This document shows positions 37,699 to 51,371 of a stretch of DNA of 64,000 bases, piece after piece. Below the pieces are notes generated by a model. The model did no database searches. It saw only the letters and a list, made by a program, of their open reading frames with translations, and was not told the DNA's origin. Every line of letters starts with the position of its first letter. Within the stretch, counting starts at the first letter, position 1. The stretch covers positions 165,540,001 to 165,604,000 of the forward strand of contig NC_082710.1 in the NCBI RefSeq assembly GCF_030144855.1. Direction: 5' to 3'. The position numbers were made by a program, and so were the translations under genes. This DNA is from Hypanus sabinus (lineage: Eukaryota).

Positions 37699-40600
37699 AA
37701 ATCGAAGCAAGAGGTGGAGAGGGAAGAAGTAAAGGCATCTCAGATAGAAGCCATGTTTTTTTAACTAATCAGGAAAAAGAGGTTAGACTGCACAGGCACA
37801 TGGCGTAGCATGCCAAAGGTCTTAAAAAAGAAGACCAACATATACAGCCGCCATCTTCGGAGTGGACTGAGGCAGAGTGGGACGGCTTTGGCTCCACAGC
37901 TTCGGGGCTTCGGTGAGAACAGGCAGAGGCGAGGTTTGAACGGGGCACAACTGCGCAAACACGTAAAAGTCAGCCCGTGAGGCAGTGGGAGAATTTAAAA
38001 AGCGAGCAGAGGCTCAGGATGAGCTTCGCTCCAGGTGAGGTAAGGCCCGGTAAGTTACTTTAATTAATTTAATTACCTTAGGGGTAGGTAATGGAGGCAG
38101 TAGTTAGGGCAGTTGAGTGCTCTGTTTGCAGTATGTGGGAAATCAGGGCGAACGCTGTTGTGCCTGATGACTACACCTGCAGAAGGTGCATCCATCTGCA
38201 GCTCCCGATAAACCGAGTTAGGGAACTGGAGCTGGAGCTGGAATAACTTTGGATCATTTGGGAGGCAGAGGCAGAAATAAACAGGAGTTACAGAGAGATA
38301 GTCACCATTAAGAGTCAGGAGACAGGCAGCTGGGTGACTGTCAGGAGAGGGAATGGGAATAGACAATGGGCAGAGCACCCCTGTGGCCGTTCCCATCAAC
38401 AATAAGTATACCGTTTTGGATACTGTTGGTGGGGACGACCTACCAGGGACAAGTTGCAGTGGTTGCGTCTCTGGCACTGAGACTGGACCCTCAGCTCAGA
38501 AGGAGGGAAAAGTGGAGAGCAGTAGTGATAGGGGATTCGATAGTTAGGGGAACAGTTAAGAGGTTCTGTGGAAGAGATTGAGAATCCCGGATGGACTGTT
38601 GCCTCCCTGGTGCCAGGGTCCGCGATATCTCGGATCGAGTTCTCAGCATTCTCAAGACGGAGGGTGAGCAGCCAGATATCGTGGTCCAGGTAGGGACCAA
38701 TGACGTGGGTAGGAAGAGCGAGGAGGTCCTGAAAGGTGAGTTTAGGGAGCTAGGCGGCAAGTTAAAGGACAGGACCTCCAGGATCGTAACCTCAGGACTG
38801 CTGCCAATGCCACGTGCAGGTGGGTTTATAAATAGTAAGATAGCGCAGATCAACACGTGACTGAAGACATGGTGCAGGAGGGAGGGCTTCAGATTTATAG
38901 ATAATTGGGCAGTTTTCCAGGGAAGGTGGGATCTGTTCCGGTGGGATGGTTTACATCTGAACTGGAGGGGGACAAATATTCTGGCAGGTAGGTTTGCTAG
39001 AGAGGCTCCAGTGGATTTAAAATAGAAACAAGGGGGGAGGGGATCCAGAGTGTAGGAACAGATGTATGGGAGAAGGAAGAAAAAGAAGATAGTAAAATTG
39101 TTTGCACCGTTAGAGATAAACAGATAGGAAGAGGTGGAGAATTTTTTAAATGCATTTATTTTAATGCTAGGAGCATTGTAAGAAAGTGGATGAGCTTAGA
39201 GCATGGATTGATACCTGGAAATATGATGTTGTAGCTATTAGTGAAACATGTTTGCAGGAGGGATGTGATTAGCAACTAAATATTCCTGGATTTTGTTGAC
39301 TCAGGTATGATAGAATTGGAGGGACTAGAGGGGGAGGTGTTGCATTGCTTGTCAGAGAAAATATTCCAGCGGTGCTCTGGCAGGATAGATCAGAGAGCTC
39401 GTCTAGGGAGGCTATTTGGGTGGAATTGAGGAATGGGAAAGGTGTAGTAACACTTATAGGGGTGTATTATAGACCACCTAATGGGGAACGAGAATTGGAG
39501 GAGCAAATTTGCAAGGAGATAGCAGATATTTGTAGTAAGAACAGGATTGTGATTGTGGGAGATTTTAATTTTCCACACATAGAAAATTAAATATGAAAGT
39601 CCATACTGAGAAGTCCATACTATAAAAGGGCTGTATGGTTTGGAGTTTGTAAAATGTGTGCAGGATAATTTTTTGCAGCAATACATAGAGGTACTGACTA
39701 GAGAAGGGGCAGTGTTGGATCTCCTGTTAGGGAATGAGATAGGTCAGGTGACGGAGGCATGTGTTGGGGAGCACTTCGGGTCCAGTGATCACAATGCCAT
39801 TAGTTTCAATATAATTATAGAGAAGGATAGGACTGGAGATTTTTGAGGGTTTTTTGAGATTTTTGATTGGAGAAAGGCTAACTTTGAGCAGATGTGAAAG
39901 GATTTAGAAGGTGTGGATTGGGACAATTTGTTTTATGGGGAGGATGTAATAGAGAAATAGAGGTCATTTGAAGGTGAACTTTTGAGGGTACAGAATTTTT
40001 ATGTTCCTGTTAGGTTGAAACGAAAGATTAAAAGTTTGAGAGAGCCATGGTTTTCAAGGGATATTGGAAACTTGGTTAGGAAAAAGAGAGATATTTACAA
40101 TAAATATAGGCAGCATGGAATAAATGAGGTGTTTGAGGAATATAAAGAATGTAAGAAGAATCTTAACAAAGAAATTAGAAAAGCTAAAAAAAGGTACGAA
40201 GTTACTTTGGCAAATAAGGTGAAAATAAATCCAAAGGGTTTCTACAGTTATATTAATAGCAAAAGGATAGTGAGGGATAAAATTGGTCCCTTAGAGAATC
40301 AGAGTGGACAGCTATGTGTGGAGCTGAAAGAGATGGGGGAAGATATTGAACAATTTCTTTTCTTCGGTATTCACTAAGGAGAAGGATATTGAATTGTATA
40401 AGGTAAGGGAAACAAGTAGGGAAGTTATGGAAACTATGACGATTAAAGATTAAACTATGATGATTAAAGAGGAGGAAGTACTGGTGCTTTTAAGGAACAT
40501 AAAAGTGGATAAATCTCTGGATCCTGACAGGATATTCCCCAGTACCTTGAAGGAAGTTAGTGTAGAAATAGCAGGAGCTATTTCAAATGTTATTGGAAAC

Positions 40601-41110
40601 GGTGATGGTGTTGGAGGATTGGCGTATTGCTCATGTTGTTCCATTGTTTAAAAAGGGTTCTAAGAGTAAACCTAGCAATTACAAGTCAGTAAGTTTGACA
40701 TCAGTGGTGGGTTAATTAATGGAAAGTATTCTTAGAGATGGTATATATAATTATTTGGATAGACAGTGTCCGATTAGGAACAGTTAACATGGATTTGTGC
40801 ACGGAAGATCATGTTTGACAAATCTTAATGAAGTTTTTGAAGGTATTAATATTGGATAACTGTTTGTCAAGTTTGAGGCCGGTGCCGAGTGGTGTGCCTC
40901 AGGGATCAGTGTTGTTTGTCATATACATTAATGATCTGGATGATGGGGTGGTAAATTGGATTAGTAAGTATGCAGATGATACTAAGGTAGGTGGTGTTGT
41001 GTTGCAAAGGGCCTTCGGAGTCAGTGGTGATGAAGGCAAAGGCAATGCTCGCATTCATTTCAACAGGACTAGAATATAAAAGCAAACATGCAATGCTAAG
41101 GCTTTGGAGC
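37699..41110 (+). mobile_element. CR1 LINE with 5' UTR, ORF1 (CxxC-x16-CxxC, coiled coil, SGNH esterase) and internally deleted ORF2
   Basis: ORF1 ATG at 38091: MEAVVRAVECSVCSMWEIRANAVVPDDYTCRRCIHLQL..., then VIGDSIVRG, CCLPGARVRD and VQVGTNDVG. APE IVGDFNFPH; RT VPQGSVL and YADDTK. Many stops. Confidence 0.92.
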
Positions 41111-41126
41111 ATTGTGGGCCCCTTAT

Positions 41127-43080
41127 AGAACCATAGAACATTACAGCACACAAACAGGCCCTTCGGCCCTTCTTGGCTGTGCTGAACCATTTTTCTGCTT
41201 AGTCCCACTGACCTGCACCTGGACCATATCCCTCCATAACCCTCTCATCTATGTACCTGTCCAATATTTTATTAAATTTTAAGTGAGCCTGCATGTACCA
41301 CTGCATTTCCCACCACTCTCTGTGAAGAAACCCTCCCTCACTTAATTTTCCCTTTAAACTTCTTCCCCTTCACCCTATACCTTTCCTGTTTCTCAACTCC
41401 ACCAATATGACCTTGGTAGACAAGCCCTCTAATCTGTCCTGCCTGAGCACTGCTGTAACTTTTTCCTGGACGAGCAATGCCAGCCCCCACCCTTCATTCC
41501 TCTGCCTCCATCATGTCTGAAACATCTAAACCCCGGAGCATTAAGCTGCCAGTCCTGCCCCTCCTGTAGCCAAGTTTCACTAATGGTTACAATGTCATAA
41601 TTCCACGTGTCAATCCAGGCCCTCAGCTCGTCAGCCTTCCCCACAATACTCCTCACTTTGAAATAGACACACCTCAGATTATTACCACCACACACAAACC
41701 TATTTGTGACTTTGCATGAACTTTTAACATCATTTATTTTCACCCTCGCTCCACTACCTGCTCTGTCACTCTGGTTCCCACCCCCAGCAAATCTAGTTTA
41801 AACCCTCCCCAATAACACTAGCAAACCTCCCTGCAAGTATATGGACCCCCTTGTAGTTCAGGTGTAACCCGTCTCTCTTGTACAGGTCCCACCTGCCCCA
41901 GAAGTCCCAATGATCCTGAAATCTGAAACCCTGCCCCCTACTCTAGTTCCTCAGCCACGTGTTCATCATCTGCCAGAGCATCCTACACTTACCCTCACTG
42001 ACACTTGGCACAGGTAGCAATCCTGAGATTACCACCCTCGAGGTCCTGATTTTTAACTCCTACCAAGCTCTCTATACTCACTCTTCAGGACCTCCTCATT
42101 CTTGGTTCCTATGTCATTGTACCGATGTGTACCGTGACATCTGGCTGCTCACCCTCCCACTCCCACTTCGGAATGCTGTGCACGCGATCAGAGACATCAC
42201 GGACCCTGCCACCTGGGAGGCAACACACCATCCAGGAGTCTCTATCGCGACCACAGAACCTCCTGTCTGTACCTCTAACTATCGAGTCCCCTATCACTAC
42301 CGTTCTCCTCTTCTTCCCCTCTCTTCTGCACTGCAGAACCAGACTCAGTGCAAGAGATCCGGCTGCCACAGCTTGTCCCAGGTAAGTCATCCCCTCCAAC
42401 AGTATACGAATCGGTATACTTGTTTCTGAGGGAAATGGCCACAGGGGAATCCTGCTCTGCCTGCCCTTTCCCCTTCCCTCACCTGACGGTAACCCAATTA
42501 CCTGTGCGCTGCTCCTTTGGCGTAACTACCTCACTGAAACTACTATCTATAAACTCCCCATTCTCCCGAATGATCCGGAGGTCATCTAGCTCCTGCTCCA
42601 GTTTCCTAACATGGTTGGTAGGAGCTGCAGCTGGATGCACTTCCTGCAGGTGTCGTTGTCAGGGACACCAGAGGTCTCCCTGACTTCCCACATCCTGCAA
42701 AAGGAACATTCCAACATTCTGCTTGTCATACCCTCTAAACAAACAAAAAACAAAACTTACCGGAACCTACCCTCGCCTCTGCCTGTTCACGCTGAAGCCT
42801 ATTGAGCCAAAGCCGTCCCACTCTGCTCCCTCTCACGCTGCTGCCCACTGGATATGGCGGTCTTCTTTTTAAACCTTTGGCGCTCTGCATCACGCACCTG
42901 CGCAGTCTAGCCTCTTCTCCCCGAGCAGTGTAAAAAAAATGGCTTCTCTCTGAGATTCCTTTACTCCTTCACTCTCAGCCTCTTGCTCCGATTTAAGACA
43001 CCATTGAAAATTGCTCTCCTTTTTAAACCTTTGGCGCTCTACGTCACGCACCTGCGCAGTCTAGCCTCTTTTCTCTGAGC
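41127..43080 (-). mobile_element. CR1 with 5' promoter monomers, ORF1 and APE start joined directly to a CR1 3' end (RT absent)
   Basis: The minus strand reads: monomers (43080-42840), ORF1 (VIGDSIVRGTDRRFCG, VTVHIGT), APE (WNYDIVTISETW), then an abrupt junction near 41380 to a 3' UTR and tail. It could instead be two adjacent insertions. Confidence 0.75.
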
Positions 43081-43084
43081 AGAA

Positions 43085-43590
43085 GAGATATGCTAACATT
43101 AGAGAGGGTTCAAACGAGGTTGGCAAAAATGATTCTGTGAATGAAAGGCTTATTATTTGAGGAACGTTTGATGGCTGGGCCTGTATTTGCTAGAATTTAG
43201 AAGAGGGGTACGGGGAGTCTCATGGAAACATTTTTAAATTTTGAAAGGCCCAGAGAGAGTGAATGTGGACAGAATGTTTTCTACAGTGGGGGAGTCTAGG
43301 ACCAGGGGGCAGAGACTCTGAATAGAGGGACATACAATTAGAACAGAGATGAGGAGGAATTTCTTTAGCCAGAGGGTGGTGCATCTGTGGAATTCATTGC
43401 CAAAGGTAGCTATGGAGGCCAAGTTATTGCGTGTATTTAAGAAGAGGCTGATAGATTCTTGATAAGTCAGGACATGGAAAGTTACAGGGAGAAGGCAAGA
43501 GAAATGCGTTGAGAGGAAAATAAAGCAGCTATGATCAAATGCCGGAGCATATTCGATGAGTTGATTCTGCTGCCATATCTTATGCCATGA
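43085..43590 (+). mobile_element. CR1 3' fragment
   Basis: gggttcaaacgagg...gaatttagaaga...aatttctttagccagagggtggtgcatctgtggaattc (NFFSQRVVHLWNSLP). Confidence 0.85.
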
Positions 43591-44119
43591 AGCAAGTCTT
43601 TGGGGAATAAAGGAATACTGGAAACACATGCATATTATTCTGTGAGCGGGTTAATAAAATATTTTAAGATACGAGTGTGGTCAAATTCAGAAAATGCTAG
43701 CAAAATATAAAAGATGATGCCAAGTTATATTATTAGTTTCATTTACATTTGATCTGGTGCTACTGAGATGAATCCTCCCATGCACCAGTACCTGGAGCGA
43801 GTAACTGATTTGAATAAATGTTTAAACTTCATGTCACAGAAGACCTTTGTGCCTTAATTACAAGTGAACACAATGTATAGCAAATTATATCATTCCTATG
43901 GATAGAAATTCAACTAAACTTGGAATATGCACCAAAGTGACATTATTTGGAGCAGGAGCTCAGGGCAGGGAAATTGAGCCTTTGTCCTCAAGCACAAAAC
44001 ATTTGTGCATGATATTGTGCATGAAAATTAACTTTATTCATTTGTACTTGTATTTTTAAAATTAACATCTCAAAACTGTCTACATTCATGGTCAATACAT
44101 TCAAAAGTATTAATTTTTT

Positions 44120-46860
44120 TAAAATATAAAACCACTGCTACTCATGTGGCCCTCTGGAGGGATACACCATTTCAAAGTTTCACGGGCTTGCTGACTTGGA
44201 CTCAGCCCCTCAACATACAGTAGTGTAAGGGCCCCTGTAACCAAAGAGTAGTGCCTGTCTCGTGACAGCACCACCCTCATCTGGTCGGAGATTACACCAC
44301 CTGCCAGATAACATTTCACCCCTCCTAACTAATCAATGCACACTTAACCATTGGCCACCTTAATTGGATTAACCTGTCTAGCACCAAGCCGTTGGCCCCC
44401 TGACTTATAAAGGGTGCTACATGTACTCTCTTTTGCCATCCTTGAAGGACCACCCTGCTTCACTCCAGGCTGAAGACCGCAGAACAGCACTGGAGACACG
44501 TGGTAAGGAGTGCATTGAATAGGGTTGTAGGAGTGTTTATTGTTGTCCCTTTAGCAAAGAGCCGTACTTGCCCATAGCCAAGTGGGGCAGGTATTGTAGT
44601 TACTTTTCCCTTGCTTGTATGTGTACCTGTACTCCGTCCCCACACCTTTTTCCTGTGTATTGTACTGCAGACCCGACTTTTCCCACACTCCTCTATTCTA
44701 AGCGTGTTTGTGCAACTATTGTAGTGGCTTGTTTTGTTCCCAAGCTTTTTCTCCCCTTGTAAATAAACTCCTTATTATTAAAACTCTGTGTCCAGAGCTC
44801 TTGCCTTTGAGCCCCAGAGAATCTTTCTCATTTCCATCACAACAGCCCCATACTGTGGTCCTTCCCACTGAGCCTTAGCATTGTCTGCATCATGTTTCAG
44901 TGTGTCCCTCAGCATATACTCCTTCATCCTGGAGTATACATTCTGCACCATTCCCTTAGGGACATCTCACTGTGCTGGAACACCAACAACCTTTGGGCAG
45001 AACTTTGGAGTCGATGAGCTTCCCGCAGCTTTCCATCTGCTGCTGTGTCCTGGGAGCAACCCATAGATCAGAGCCCTCTGTTACACAGCTGCTTGAGAGG
45101 AACCAAGATAAGGATTCTTGCATCATTCTCCACACTCACATGACAAATCCACTGCCTGCAAAGAAATGGGAGACTGTCTCTTCTCCACCACAGTTGTCCT
45201 GAGGGCAGCATGCATTGGAACAGTATCAAAATCTGTACAGGAAGGATCTGGCTGTGAGGGTCCCCCTTTGTCCACCAAGCAAAGTTTGGTGTTTCTTGAC
45301 AAGTACTGGCCATGAGGCATCCTGCCAGATGATTTGGATAGCTTGCTTGAGGAACCACATCTCAGACTCCTTAGGGTCCTTGTCCTGCAGAGTCTGAAGT
45401 AGGGTCAATGCTGACCATTCCCTGATTGACTTGTGGTCAAAGGTGTTGCTTTGGAAGAATTTTTCCATGAGACCATAAGATATAGTAGTGGAATTAGAAT
45501 ATCTGGCCCATCAAGTCTGCTCTGCCATTTCATCATGGCTGAACATTCCCTCCTCAGCCGCAATCTCCCACCTTCTTCCCGCATCCCTTCAGCCCTGGCA
45601 AAGAGTCTATGAATGTCTGCCTTAAATATACCCAATGATTTGGCCTCCACAGCCGTCTGTGGCAATGAATTCCACAGATTCACCACTCGCTGGCTAAAGA
45701 AATTCTTAATCTCCATTCTAAATGGCCATCCTTCCATTCTGAGGCAGTATCCTTTGGTGTTAGACTCCCTCACCACAGGAAATACCCTCTCCATATCCAC
45801 TCTATTGAGGCCTTTTCAACATTTGATAGGTTTCAATGAGATCTTAGCTCATTCTTCCAAATTCCGGTGAGTATAGGCTCAGAGTCATTCCACATTTGAT
45901 AAGCCTTTCAATTCCAGAATCATTTTCGTGAACTTACTTTGTTCCCTCTCCAATGTCAGCACATCCTTTCTTAGATAAGGGGCCCCAAAACTGCTCACAA
46001 TACTCCAAGTGAGGCCTCACCAGTGCCTCATAAAGCCACAACATTACATGCTTGCTTTAATATTCTAGTCTCTTGAAATGAAAGCTAACATTGCATTTCA
46101 TGAAGGACCGGCGGTGAAGCAATATCCAGCTAAGTGGGATGTTGCACAACAATGTGACCAGATGCTTCCTTTGCCAACTCATCAATTGCAAACTCTAAGT
46201 ACACGGATGAAACAGGTGTAATTGATGGGACTAGGCACATTAACAGTCCTGCATGAATTAGATGGGCCATTTCAGTGCTATAGTGCACTAACTCTATAAC
46301 CAGGTCCAGGTAGAACCTGAGCACCTAGATAACCATGATCTTTGGTTCCACACACAGCCTGATGCAGCCCCACACACAAAGGTACTCATGCAGGCAACAT
46401 TGGGTAACATTGTGCCTCCATTATCTGACTGTGGAGGAAACATTGGAACAGTCAGGCCAGTTGTCAGAAAGGAATGGCCTTGCTCCTTGTGTGATTGACT
46501 CTGACCCCCAATGCAAGCTCAAAATGACCATCGATCTGATTGGAAGATGGCAGCATTGTCCGCTTACAAGGAGATTTGACCTGGGTGCCTCTACTGCCTG
46601 GCAACATTGCCTCTCTTAAGCTCTCATCCTTCCTGAAGGATTCAGCAGATTTCTGAGCAACGTACAAAAAAGAGAAGGGAGAGTAGACAACCCTGCCTGA
46701 CTAAATACTTGACGGGAAAGCTATACATCTTCCACCAACTGATTTGAAATGAGCAGTGTCGAACAGCTGTATCCAATATACCTCCCGAAAACCCATTTTG
46801 GAGGAGACATGCATAATATGCATGTACGATATCCTGTTGGAGGTTTTCCCTGATATTCAC
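44120..46860 (-). mobile_element. Tx1-like (L1 clade) ORF2 remnant, interrupted by a solo LTR and a CR1 3' fragment (45472-46098, minus strand)
   Basis: PVKYLVRQGCLLSLLFFV (RT), HFELALGVRVNHTRSKAI, IIWQDASWPVLVKKHQ and C-terminal MKEYMLRDTLKHDADNAKAQW resemble Tx1-group ORF2. Confidence 0.7.
44236..44844 (+). mobile_element. Solo LTR (609 bp) with 5-bp TSD
   Basis: Termini TGTAAC...ACAACA; TSD GCCCC at 44231-44235 and 44845-44849; TTATAAAG near 44405; AATAAA at 44762. Confidence 0.85.
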
Positions 46861-49800
46861 GGAGAACTACAGCACAAAAACAGGTCAACATACATGAATG
46901 CTGGAGGAACTCACCTATGAAAATTAATAACAGTGGACGTTTCAGAGTGACCCCCTCCTTTAGGACTGGAAAGGAAGGGGGAAGGTGCTAGAATGAAAAG
47001 ATGGGGGGTGAGGGGAAGCAGGCCTAGCTTGAAGATGATAGGCAGCCATGTGGGTGGGAAGAAGGAATCTGATAAGAAAGGCAGATGAATCACAAGAGAA
47101 AAGGAAGGAGGGTCATGAGGGGGAGGTGATAGGCAACCTCTTCTCCCCCACCAGCCTACAACACTCTAAGGAGAACAATCTAAGTGTGTCGAACTTTTCA
47201 TTACAGCTCATGTCCTTTAGTTCAGACAGCATTTCTGTATCCTCTCCACATCCTTCTTATAACAGGCAACCAGAAGTGCACTCTAAACTAAAATTCTGTA
47301 TAGATACGAAATGACTTCCTTACTCTTATACTCAGCACCCCTGCCAACGAAGGCAAGCTTGCCATATGCCTTCTTTACCACCTTATCCCTTTCTGCGGCC
47401 ACTTCCAATGAACTATGGATCTGGATCCCATATTTCATTCCTTTCTTTGGACCCCCAGATCTGAGAAACACAGAAGCATGAAGGTGTGGGTTTAGTACTT
47501 TTTTTAAAGGATTATATAGGTCGGCACAACATGGAGGGCTGAAGGGCCTGTACTGTGCTGTAATGTTCTATGGTTCTATTAAGCCATATGCTGATATCTA
47601 AACTACTTCATCCTTAAAATGAGAGTATTCACATAAAAATGTAGTTTGGTGGCTGCTTAACTGGGTGCCCAAAGGAATGCAAACAGGAACTCTGATCGAT
47701 TGTTCCCACAATACAGCCGTTAATTATTAGCATTACACAAAACTCTTCTGAACAAATGTTGTGTTCTACATCAAGGCCAATGTCACATTCCGTTTGTTCT
47801 TTAGGCCAAAAATGGGAGAGCAGGAAAGTAGTACCATTGTGGCTGAATTCAGGAGGTCCTGTCTGAGAAGTAATATTCCTAATTGGGGCAGAAGTTATAA
47901 ATACAGTGAGTCGTATAGGAGCTGGTTGCTCTTGAAACTTTCACAGTAGCTGTTTCCCACGATAGGCCAACACCCAAATGACGAGAGAGGGGTTTTTCAA
48001 TGCAGTGGGGTGTTTCTGCCTCTGACCTAATTGTGGTTCCACTTCAGGCTGCAAATTAGATCTGTTGAGGGAAATCAGGAGAAAAGGGAAAATGTGCCAA
48101 TACCAGTGGGGATTTTGGTATGCAATGCAGGGGATTTCAGTGTCATTAGCATTACCACATTCTGTTTCCTCTTCCTTTCATTCTTCTCAACATCATTTTC
48201 CTGCTCTATCCCCAAAACCCTTGAATTTCCCTAATATCCAGAGATCTGTCTGTTTTGAATTAAATCAATGCTTGATCACTTACATACACAAGTTACATGA
48301 CAGACATGTCTTTTAGATGTGGGAGGAAACTGGAGCAGTCACAGGGAGAAATGACAAACTCCACACTGATAGCTCTGATATGCAAAGCTTGTAATTAGAT
48401 TCCTAACGTAAGAACTGCAACTGTATTCAGAAATACTCTTGACTCAAAGAACAGAAAGATGCCGGAGGCAAATTATTTAATGTTTAAGTAGGGTAATAGC
48501 AAAAAGAAACAAGTATGGGCAATCCAACCGTGAGAATGTGATTCAGTACCTGCACATCTCAAAATTGGCTATACGTGCTGCCTGATCTGCTGAGTTCGTG
48601 CAACATTTTGTGTGTCAGAATATGAAGGGAAAGGCTTTGCTAAACATCAGCTTGACCACATCTGGAGAGCTGTGATGATATTTCGAGACAGTGACTTGCA
48701 GAATGGATATTTTGTACTAACCTCACATTCAAGAAATCCTTTCTGGTTCTCATAAATGTTAACATTATGAAAAGGGATTACATATGTAATACCCTGGTTT
48801 AAGGCCTTGCTTTATTTTATTAATAGTTATGCTGTTGGGTATTTTATTTCCTGCAGACTTTCTAAAAATGCATTAAGTGTTCCTTTAATTACATTATACA
48901 ATCAGATATTTCAATTTTACTGTTTAAAATAAAACTTCAGTTGATTGATAAGTTAGGCTTGTTGAATTAGCCAACTGGATTTGTCTTGGGACCTTTCTAG
49001 AGAGTGTGTGAAAATGGAAGTGGGACAGCCATTTTCTACAGACAGCGCAGGATAGAAGAAGGAGAATGAAAATGGACAATGAGCATCAGAGAAGAACATT
49101 GTGAAATGCTCACAGAACCCATTGGAAGGACAGACACCACTGTCAGAAAATCCTCATGCAGACAATGGTCTCACAGAGAATGTGCAGGTAACTTTTAGTT
49201 AGCTAGTTAGTACTTGAATTGGAGAAAGTTCAATGGCATTTCCTTAGATGTGGCATGGATAAAGTGGTTAACAGGCAAAGCCATTTCAATACCATGAGCA
49301 CACAAAGTGAAGCAAACTGGATTGATTATGCAACAATGAACACTAAAACATGTACACATTATAGACTAATATATATGTGTAATGGGCCATTTTCTTTATT
49401 TTGTTCATTATAGTTTAAAATATTTTGCCCATACCATTTCAACCTAAGTTTCTAGTGGTGTCAGTTAAATTGTTTGCTAGTGAATGGTAAATTTGCATGG
49501 GTGTGTCAGTATTCATAAATGAAGCAGTCCTACTGTCCCCTAAAGGGACATTCAAACTTTTATGTTTGTGCTTACCCAAATCATATTTATGCTAGACCTG
49601 TATATTTAATGGAAATAGCCGTTTCATTGTTATTTCCATGCATTATGTTGCTGTTAGCTTGTATTCACAGTAATAGCTAATGCAGTATGAGCTTACAGTA
49701 AGAGGGTTACACATGGATCAGCCATGATGAAATGGCAGAGCAGACATGGTGGGCCAAATGGCCTAATTCTGCTCCTGTGTCTCATGGTCTTAAAAATGAA

Positions 49801-50084
49801 TTTCATAGTCACTGCTACACAGATTGATGCATGTGCATGGCGAAAATCCACAGTTAAGGAAAACAAAAAAAAAAGCAACTTAGGTTAATGATTGATTGAG
49901 GCTGTTAAGATTTTAAAACAGAAGCTTTTTCTGCTGCTTAGAGATGTGACCCTAAGATTCGAGAGAAATCATGTTTGTGCAAGAGACGATACAAAAAGTA
50001 AAACTGCCCTACATAAAATAGTGACCGAGGTTCGATCAGTTACAGAGTGCTGAGATTGGTAGACTAAAGATACTAAGGAAAATG

Positions 50085-50635
50085 ATAAACACAAGAAAAT
50101 CTGCAGATGCTGGACATCCAAGGCAAAATACACAACATCGTAGAGGAACTCAGGAGCCAGGCAGCGTCTACGGAAAAGAGTAATCTGTTGATGTTTTGGG
50201 CCAAGACCCTTCATCAGGACTGGAAATGAAAGGGGAACAGAGGGGAGGAAGAAGTGTAAGGTGGTAGGTGTTAAATGAAACTGGGAGAGGATGTGAAATA
50301 AAAAGCTAGGAAGTCGATGGGTGCAAGAGATAAAGGGCTGGAGAAGGGGGGCATCTGATAGGAAAGGACAGAAGACCATAATAGAAAGGGAAAGGGAGAG
50401 TAACAGAGGGAGGTGATGGACAGGTAAGAGGGTGTGAGAGGGAAACAAAAATGGGGGATGGTGAAAAAGGGGGCGAGGGGCAATTACCGAAAGTTTGACA
50501 AATTTTTCATCATGCCATCAGGTTGGAGGCTATCCATATGGAATATGAGGTGTTGCTCCTCCAACCTGAGTGTGGCCTCATTATGGCAGTAGAATGAGAA
50601 TGGGAAGTCGAGTTGGCTGGCCATTGTAGTCATCA
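50085..50635 (-). mobile_element. Penelope-like element 3' fragment (GIY-YIG end, terminal repeat, CpG-decayed hammerhead)
   Basis: Minus strand: EATLRLEEQHLIFHMDSLQPDGMMK-like C-terminus and CAGTC-CTGATGA-AGGGTCTTGGCCC-AAAAC-ATC at 50222-50190. Confidence 0.8.
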
Positions 50636-51371
50636 CGGACTCTAGATGTCTCTCTGCCTTTCCACTATCTGGCCTGGCATCTCTACTGTCCTATTTGAGC
50701 AGAAATAAATGGAATTTTAAAAATTTCACTGAAAGCTTTTCTTTTCTTTTGCTTTCTCTCAATGAAGCCTCTCTTCGCTGAAACCTCTCTGTGTCCAGAC
50801 AATGGCTGCTATGCTTGTCCCTGCCTTCCTTTGATTTGCTCTTCTTAGTCAATCACAAACGCAGATTGCTCAAGGACCAATGTTCTATTATGCTGCCGTG
50901 ACCCACTTGCTGCTGCCTTTTTCAACTCAGGCAGTAGACCTGACTGAAATCCTCTCCCCTCAATCTTCCGATGTCCGGATTGATCACTGGTCAATGTTCT
51001 ATTATGCTGCTGTTCTCAGTCATCTCAGATGTTCTGGAATGAAAGGACTCACCTTGAGAGCATACGTTGCAGAGACAGAGGAAATGAAACTGGCATTTTT
51101 ACAAATGACAGGGTAGGAAGTGGTATAGTCGAGATAGCTGTGGCGGTCAGTGGGTTTATAAAATTAACAGTATATAGACTGTCTCCAGAGATGGAAACAG
51201 AGAGATCGAGAAAGGTGAGAGAAGTGTCAGAATGGCTATTTCCATTAAATATACAGGTCTAGCATAAATATGATTTGGGTAAGCACAAACATAAAAGTTT
51301 GAATGTCCCTAAATTTGAGAACAGGGTGTAAGTTGGTGAAATTGTTGAGCTCAGCTTGGGTGCAGGAAGCA

